Shown: one piece after another, positions 58,560-64,000 of the stretch
Numbering within the stretch: the stretch's first letter is position 1
Layout: the number at the start of each line of letters is the position of its first letter
Assembly: GCA_963744665.1 (NCBI GenBank)
Contig: CAVUUM010000003.1
Span: 62,508 to 126,507 of the forward strand
Direction: 5' to 3'
DNA: 64,000 nt
DNA from: an uncultured delta proteobacterium
GTDB lineage: Bacteria; Desulfobacterota; Desulfobacteria; Desulfobacterales; B30-G6
Position numbers and translations under genes: made by a program
Notes under the pieces: model-generated
Seen by the model: the letters and a program-made list of their open reading frames with translations, nothing else
The model's database searches: none
What the model was told of the DNA's origin: nothing

Positions 58560-59195
58560 TCACGAATTTGCCAGTACGGACAATATCCGATGTTCTGAAA
58601 TTGTGCCTTCCCGAAGGATTTGTGGCGGGTCCATGGTCAGGTCGATGACCGTTGAGCCCCTGCCTCCTTTCAACGGACCGGCATCTAGCACCCCGTCAAG
58701 TTGTGCCGACACCTGTTCTTCCAGACAAGAAATATCAGAGCATCCCTCCCCGCCCGACAGGTTGGCGCTTGTTCCGGTCATGGGTCCTTCCAGTTGGGCC
58801 ACAATAGCGGCCGCTACAGGATGTTTCGGTACCCGGACACCGATTTTGCCGGTATTCCCTGTCAGTCGGTTAGACATCCGTTCGCTGGCATGAAATACCA
58901 TCGTAACACCCCCCGGCCAGAATGCCTCCATCAGTAAAACAGCTTTGGGGGGTATCTCCCTGACCAATTCGGGCAAGCATGCCTTGTCCCTGATTAAAAC
59001 CAGGAGCGGGCGATGAGATTGACGTCCCTTTATATCAAAAACACTCTCGACAGCCTGGGGATTGATGGCATCCGCTCCCAGCCCATACAGGGTGCTGGTG
59101 GGAAATGCGATAACCCCCCCTTTGCGTATCACCTGGACAACCGCATGAATGGTGCCCGGGTCGGGTGTTGTTGCAGAAATATTCCAGCGCACCAT
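58560..59195 (-). CDS. tsaC: L-threonylcarbamoyladenylate synthase (YrdC/TsaC type)
   Basis: VIAFPTSTLYGLGADA and SANLSG motifs. Confidence 0.8.
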   Translation of the reverse strand: MVRWNISATTPDPGTIHAVVQVIRKGGVIAFPTSTLYGLGADAINPQAVESVFDIKGRQSHRPLLVLIRDKACLPELVREIPPKAVLLMEAFWPGGVTMVFHASERMSNRLTGNTGKIGVRVPKHPVAAAIVAQLEGPMTGTSANLSGGEGCSDISCLEEQVSAQLDGVLDAGPLKGGRGSTVIDLTMDPPQILREGTISEHRILSVLANS

Positions 59196-59196
59196 G

Positions 59197-59709
59197 TTAG
59201 GTTTCCAGGCTTTGGGCCTTCTGCGCCACTTTTTCAGCCATTTTCATTTTAAAGTCAGCCAGTTTCGTTTCAAGTACACCATCGGACAATGCCAATATCT
59301 GCACGGCCAGGATACCGGCATTTCTGGCACCCGATTTGCCGATGGATACAGTGGCCACTGGAATCCCCGGCGGCATCTGCACGGTGGACAGGAGTGCATC
59401 GAGACCCTGAAGACAGGACGAATCAATGGGCACACCTATGACGGGCAGGGATGTATGAGCGGCCATGGCACCTGCCAGGTGTGCAGCATGTCCCGCGCCG
59501 GCAATAATGACCCGGATGCCACGTTCCCGGGCTGTTGTAGCAAACGCGGCCGCCCGTTCCGGACTCCGATGGGCGGATGCCACGGTTATTTCATACGGCA
59601 CCTCAAACTGTTTTAATATACGGGTCGTTTCCTGCATGACACCCAGATCCGAGTCACTTCCCATGACGATGCCTACGGCTGCGCTGTTCTCAAATTTCTT
59701 GAATTCCAT
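59197..59709 (-). CDS. purE: 5-(carboxyamino)imidazole ribonucleotide mutase
   Basis: VGIVMGSDSDLGVM...SAHRSP...AGHAAHLAG. Confidence 0.9.
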   Translation of the reverse strand: MEFKKFENSAAVGIVMGSDSDLGVMQETTRILKQFEVPYEITVASAHRSPERAAAFATTARERGIRVIIAGAGHAAHLAGAMAAHTSLPVIGVPIDSSCLQGLDALLSTVQMPPGIPVATVSIGKSGARNAGILAVQILALSDGVLETKLADFKMKMAEKVAQKAQSLET

Positions 59710-59726
59710 TAAACCAGGTTCCTTTT

Positions 59727-59839
59727 TTTGGTGTTTGGTGTTTGGTGTTTGGTGTTTTTGTGTTTTGTGTTTGGTGTTTTATGTTTGGTGTTTGGTGTTT
59801 GGTGTTTGGTGTTTCGTGTTTGGTGTTTCGTGTTTGGTG
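59727..59839. repeat. tandem heptamer repeat (TTTGGTG)x16 with 5 variant units
   Basis: I counted the units directly: 11 exact TTTGGTG plus TTTTTGTG, TTTTGTG, TTTTATG and 2x TTTCGTG. It sits between the ddl stop and the purE start. Confidence 0.9.
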
Positions 59840-59920
59840 CTTATTGAAACGGTAATTGGGGGCCCTTCAATTATGTACATTCAGGGTTACCTTTAATGAC
59901 ACCGGTATGAAGGTTTCCGG

Positions 59921-60871
59921 TCAGGTCTTCCGTTTCAATCGATGCCTCTCCATACCCAGCTCGATTAATCGGTCCAGGAGTTCCGAAAAGCTGATACCGG
60001 CTGCAACAGCGGCTTGGGGCAAAAGACTGGTGGCGGTCATACCGGGAATGGTATTGGTTTCAAGAATATAAATCTCATCTGACTGCATGATCATATCCGT
60101 GCGGCTGTAACCTTCGCAGAACAGAGCCTCATGAGCCATTTTGGCATAGGTCTGGGCTTTTTCGGTCATGGCATCACTGATGCGGGCCGGGCAGATCTCT
60201 CTGGTTGCGCCTGGGGTGTATTTGGCCTCGTAGTCAAAAAACTCATACGCATCCCCGGGAACAATTTCAATAATCGGCAAGGCCCCCAAGGTCTGGTTGC
60301 CGATGACGCCCACCGTGATCTCAGTGCCATCCACGAAGTTTTCCAGCAATATGGCGTCTCCGTATCTAAAGGCTTTTTCAGCCGCCGTCTCAATTTCCGA
60401 GGCTGATTTGACAATCGTCATTCCCACGCTCGAACCGGCTTCGAGTGGCTTTACCACCAGGGGTAGTCCAAATCTTTCCTCACAGTCAACGGCATCAACC
60501 CGGTCCCCCTGTTTCAAAACCATATAAGGCGGCGTTGGCAGACCTGCCAGTTCATACATCTGTTTCGTCGCCAGTTTGTTCATGGCAACAGAGCTGCCCA
60601 TAACACCCGATCCCTGATACGGAATATGGAGCAGTTCCAGCAAACCCTGAATCGTCCCGTCCTCCCCATAAGGCCCGTGAAGGATGATCAGTGCTGCATC
60701 GATCCGGGTGGCTTCCGATATCAGCCGGGGAAGATCTGTTTTCGGGTCATAGCGAATGATGTTGTACTTTTCCTTGTCCAGGGCATCAAAAACCTGATCC
60801 CCACTGTTCAGAGAGACTTCACGCTCCGATGAAATACCACCGGACAGGAGTGCAAGATTGATTTTTTTCAT
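59921..60871 (-). CDS. ddl: D-alanine--D-alanine ligase
   Basis: GGISSEREVSL, HGPYGEDGTIQGLLE and EPNTIPGMT-like ETNTIPGMT motifs. Confidence 0.9.
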   Translation of the reverse strand: MKKINLALLSGGISSEREVSLNSGDQVFDALDKEKYNIIRYDPKTDLPRLISEATRIDAALIILHGPYGEDGTIQGLLELLHIPYQGSGVMGSSVAMNKLATKQMYELAGLPTPPYMVLKQGDRVDAVDCEERFGLPLVVKPLEAGSSVGMTIVKSASEIETAAEKAFRYGDAILLENFVDGTEITVGVIGNQTLGALPIIEIVPGDAYEFFDYEAKYTPGATREICPARISDAMTEKAQTYAKMAHEALFCEGYSRTDMIMQSDEIYILETNTIPGMTATSLLPQAAVAAGISFSELLDRLIELGMERHRLKRKT

Positions 60872-60885
60872 GGCATTGCCCCCGT

Positions 60886-61377
60886 TTACTTGAAAAGGTT
60901 TTTCTTGGCTTCGTCGTACTCATCCCTGGTAATCAGGTCTTCTTCCAGCAGGCGGGCCAGCTGAGTTAGATCCCGGAGCTGGCTGGTTTTGGAATCCTCG
61001 AGTTGATGCGATGGACCCACCTGTCTTGTTTCGAGACCGTTGGCAGGTCCAGGCATACCGACCCTGAATGAGGCCATCCCCCCAAGAAGACTCACCTCCA
61101 CCGGTCGACCCGCAAACATCTGCGATGAGAGCGTCTCTTTTAATGTCTTTCCTTCGGCCTTCATACGCCGGTAGAAATAGAAACCGGAAGCCACAACAGC
61201 GACCACGCCAAATAGAAAAATCCAGAGCATATACTGAATAACACCGCGGAAAAAGATGACCAGGAGCCCCAGACCCAGCATCAACAGGACATGCAGAACC
61301 AGAACCATATACGCCAGCATCACAGACTTTAAAAGACCATCTTTTTGATTGATCGCTGGTTTATTTTTTTTTCGCAT
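60886..61377 (-). CDS. membrane protein with a C-terminal SHOCT domain
   Basis: Two or three TM helices and C-terminal LARLLEEDLITRDEYDEAKKNLF. Confidence 0.6.
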   Translation of the reverse strand: MRKKNKPAINQKDGLLKSVMLAYMVLVLHVLLMLGLGLLVIFFRGVIQYMLWIFLFGVVAVVASGFYFYRRMKAEGKTLKETLSSQMFAGRPVEVSLLGGMASFRVGMPGPANGLETRQVGPSHQLEDSKTSQLRDLTQLARLLEEDLITRDEYDEAKKNLFK

Positions 61378-61771
61378 CGATTGTGTTATCGTTTGAAGAA
61401 AGGTCTGTTCCCAGGCGCTCTGTTACAGGACCCAGGTACTGCTGTGGAAAATCGAACTGTATGTTGGCACTACGCATCGCATTCAGTTTCATGACAAGTA
61501 GATTCAGTTTCTTGACTGTCTTATATTTCTCAGCGGTTTCCGGCATACCGGACAAAAGCTCCTGCGTACTGCGAATCTTTTTACGCAGTTCAAGTTCAGG
61601 GGGGATGAAATCGGCATTTTTCAGAACTTTGTATGCCAGCCGGATATCTTCCGGTATATCCATGTCTTCATTGGGTAGCGGTTTGCCGGCACCGGGAAGG
61701 TCATCAAAGGCGCCTTCCTTCTGCGCCTTGCGAATCCGTTCCTCAACTATTTTTTCAAAACCTGCGAACAT
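61361..61771 (-). CDS. DUF1992 (DnaJC28-like) domain protein
   Basis: IEERIRKAQKEGAFDDLPGAGKPL...IPPELELRKKI. Confidence 0.7.
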   Translation of the reverse strand: MFAGFEKIVEERIRKAQKEGAFDDLPGAGKPLPNEDMDIPEDIRLAYKVLKNADFIPPELELRKKIRSTQELLSGMPETAEKYKTVKKLNLLVMKLNAMRSANIQFDFPQQYLGPVTERLGTDLSSNDNTIDAKKK

Positions 61772-61807
61772 ACCTTTTTATATTACAATCCCGGATTCGA
61801 TTTCAAC

Positions 61808-61848
61808 ATAAAATCGTAATACGATTTTATCAGGCGCGACACCGTCGC
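61808..61848 (+). repeat. ATAAAATCG-N5-CGATTTTAT palindrome, copy 6, plus an adjacent GCGAC-N3-GTCGC hairpin
   Basis: ATAAAATCG-taata-CGATTTTAT-cagg-CGCGACACCGTCGC. Confidence 0.8.
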
Positions 61849-61912
61849 TTTTACCCAATTATCATTTGACCCTAGGGACGTCAGTTGATATGTCGAGGTA
61901 CAATATTAATAA

Positions 61913-61968
61913 AGCTGTAAGCGATAAGCGATAAGCCGTAAGCCGCTTATCGCTTACAGCTTACCGCT
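61913..61968. repeat. inverted array of NNTAAGC words
   Basis: AGCTGTAAGCGATAAGCGATAAGCCGTAAGC-C-GCTTATCGCTTACAGCTTACCGCT. Confidence 0.85.
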
Positions 61969-61984
61969 ACCTAAAGAGAACTCA

Positions 61985-63490
61985 ATGAAAAAAATTGCCT
62001 TTGCAGGAACTGACGGCAGGACCTTGTTATGGGCCTTTGTCGTTTCCACAGCCACCAGTGAATTCAATGACGATGATTACACCGGCATGGTTTTCAGGGG
62101 TACACCCGCCATGCCAAAATTTGCTGAACGCATGAACTGGCCGGTTGCCTTCATCCCCACAAAAGACAATTCTGCGAAAGGGTATGCCGCGGCCATCGTC
62201 GAAGCACTGAGGCAGAAGACAGTGGACTACGTAGTCCCCATGCCCGAGGGTCTTCTCTTTGAAGGTCTGGTGGACGCCGTGGAAAAAGAAGGCTTTGGGG
62301 ACAGGATCCTCGGTCTGAATGCCGCTGCGGCCTTCATCGAAGGCGATAAAATCGCCTGTAAAAACCTTTGCATGGAGGCTGGAATCCCCGTGGCCGATGC
62401 CTGGACCAGTAACGATGCAAAGGATTACGGCGCCATTCTGGAAACCTGCCTGGCCTATATCCAGCAGTTCGGCGGCGCTGTTCTGAAATATCCTTATTCC
62501 GCCGGCGGTAAAGGTGCCCGAATCATCCTGAACTCGTGGGAAATAAGAGAAGTCTACGATACACTCATCAATGACTACAAAGACAGCTACCGAAAACTCT
62601 TTGGCAAAAAAAACGCCTGGCCCCTCTTGATCGAGTCGCTCATGGCAGGAGTTGAAATCAGCTTTACCATTCTTGTGGATCGTCAAGGACACTACCAGAT
62701 CCTGCCCACGGCCATGGACTACCCCGAACGCTTTGAGGGACCTGCCAGCAAAAGAAATCCCATTACCGGCGGGACCGGGGCGGTGTCACCCCACCCCATG
62801 GAAACCCCCACGCTGCTGGAAATGGCAGGCAGCACCATTGCCGAACCCCTCATAAAAAACATGAAGCAGAAAGGACTTTTAAGACCCGCCATTCTTTACC
62901 CCGGCTGCTTTGTTTCTTTTGACGGCGCCATGAACCCCACCCGTATCCGTGTCAGCGAGATCAACATCCGCCCGGGTGAACCCGAAGCCCAACCCGTTGC
63001 CCGACGCCTCAGAAATCTGGGCGCTCTTATCCAGGCGACACTGACAGGCAATCTGCACACGGTGCTCCCGGAAGTCAGACAGAACCAGGTCTCGCTGTGC
63101 GTGGCATTAATGACAGGCCCGGGCGGTCCCGACGGCCAAAAGGGCTACCCCTGGTCCTGCACCAAGGGCGAGCCCCTTGAAATCGATATCAAATATTTGA
63201 AACGAAAAGGGATCCAGGTGATTCCTTCGGCTATGACCTGGATAGATGAAAAAGAGATCTTCAAGTCCGACGGCACACGGGTGGCATTTCTCAACGCAAA
63301 TGCGACGGTCAAGGAGAATGAGACCCGCGGCGTCATCGCGGACCGCTTGCGCAAAAAACTGCTGGCGGCATTCGATAATGGCAAAATACGGGTCATTCCC
63401 CGGGAAAATTCCCAGGGGAACAGACTCGACCTGCGCAGGGATATCGGCAGCCATTATCTAAAAGCTGAAACCATCTTCAAATCAAAATGA
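61985..63490 (+). CDS. PurD-like (phosphoribosylamine-glycine ligase family) ATP-grasp protein, divergent
   Basis: 501 aa. SAGGKGARII and DYPERFEGPASKRNPITGGTGAVSPHP parallel the PurD segment DHKR...GPNTGGMGAYSP. The N-terminus is atypical. Confidence 0.55.
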   Translation: MKKIAFAGTDGRTLLWAFVVSTATSEFNDDDYTGMVFRGTPAMPKFAERMNWPVAFIPTKDNSAKGYAAAIVEALRQKTVDYVVPMPEGLLFEGLVDAVEKEGFGDRILGLNAAAAFIEGDKIACKNLCMEAGIPVADAWTSNDAKDYGAILETCLAYIQQFGGAVLKYPYSAGGKGARIILNSWEIREVYDTLINDYKDSYRKLFGKKNAWPLLIESLMAGVEISFTILVDRQGHYQILPTAMDYPERFEGPASKRNPITGGTGAVSPHPMETPTLLEMAGSTIAEPLIKNMKQKGLLRPAILYPGCFVSFDGAMNPTRIRVSEINIRPGEPEAQPVARRLRNLGALIQATLTGNLHTVLPEVRQNQVSLCVALMTGPGGPDGQKGYPWSCTKGEPLEIDIKYLKRKGIQVIPSAMTWIDEKEIFKSDGTRVAFLNANATVKENETRGVIADRLRKKLLAAFDNGKIRVIPRENSQGNRLDLRRDIGSHYLKAETIFKSK

Positions 63491-63735
63491 ACGATCGCCG
63501 GTCTTACCGCACCTACTGCGTCAGATGCCATACCGCATAGTCCACTATAGCGGAACGGCACCTTCCTTGTAGCTACGGCAACCTCGGCATTCGTTCAATT
63601 GGGGTCAAAAATTCCATAAAGGATTTTATTTTATCCTTTGACAGTTTGGTCGATTTATTTTATAGTGAGCCTATCTTCAACCTCAACTGCATCAACCCCT
63701 CGGAATTGACTATGAAGAGATTCGGCGCAGCCCGT

Positions 63736-64000
63736 TCAGGCATGAAACAAATCCAGCATCATCATGTCTTCCTTTCCAGACTCAGACTTCTCGTCATTAT
63801 GGCCAAAGCGTTTACAGGGAATTATCCCATGGGAGAACGCCGGCTCAAAGCCATTGCCAGGAATGCCGAGACCGTGGTCAGGGATTGTGTGGACTGGCAC
63901 GGGTACCATAAAAATTTCAGATCGAACCCGGAATCCAATAGGCTTCTCGAGGTGGACCACATCTTTTACCAGCGCGTCAAACTTCTGGCCATCATGGCCA
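63736..64000 (-). CDS. hypothetical protein, C-terminal part (gene starts beyond the window end)
   Basis: The frame is open to the window edge (...GHDGQKFDALVKDVVHLEKPIGF...). I recognise no domain. Confidence 0.35.
   Translation of the reverse strand, partial: GHDGQKFDALVKDVVHLEKPIGFRVRSEIFMVPVPVHTIPDHGLGIPGNGFEPAFSHGIIPCKRFGHNDEKSESGKEDMMMLDLFHA

Noticed and set aside
59727-59839. Possible CRISPR array.
   Set aside because: The units are 7 nt and directly abutting, with no spacers. No cas genes are in the window.
59465-59896. A 143-aa ORF containing ...CLVFGVWCFCVLCLVFYVWCLVFGVWC...
   Set aside because: The odd peptide is the translation of the TTTGGTG heptamer array, and the 5' part is antisense to purE.

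Overview
This 64-kb window looks like chromosome from an anaerobic, Wood-Ljungdahl-type deltaproteobacterium, probably Desulfobacterales-like. That placement is inferred from gene content only; no database search was run. Most of the window is housekeeping and energy metabolism. It encodes class I LysRS, ThrRS, RNase D, a three-gene pyruvate dehydrogenase complex, aroF-pheA, purE, ddl, tsaC, tRNA-Leu(CAA), MsrAB, Qor, an IorAB-like molybdoenzyme, transporters and two TetR regulators. Three observations stand out.

1. Five genes between 5.9 and 19.4 kb contain an in-frame TGA at a position where a redox Cys is expected, so I read them as selenocysteine. They are an HdrA/NfnB-like fusion (hdrL type), MvhD, an HdrD-like Fe-S protein that the ORF track splits in two, a DsrE-like protein and formate dehydrogenase alpha. 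The first three are consecutive genes of an hdrL-mvhD-hdrD-like-metV-metF operon. hdrL also needs a +1 frame change near 9227.

2. A TetR gene lies next to a beta-barrel outer-membrane protein and two lipoprotein multihaem cytochromes (5 and 8 CxxCH motifs). This resembles a porin-cytochrome electron conduit.

3. The intergenic DNA is unusually rich in short structured repeats:
- a 104-nt two-hairpin element in four near-identical copies, always co-oriented with the upstream gene, one copy interrupting an exoX-like gene;
- inverted arrays of 7-nt (NNTAAGC) and 8-nt (GGTTCGAG-like) words;
- six ATAAAATCG-N5-CGATTTTAT palindromes;
- a (TTTGGTG)x16 tandem repeat;
- GGAATGAC-type hairpin pairs.

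A Phe/Tyr-rich leader ORF with tandem terminators precedes aroF-pheA. I found no CRISPR array, rRNA, transposase or integrase. Start codons and repeat boundaries are read by eye and may be off by a few nucleotides.
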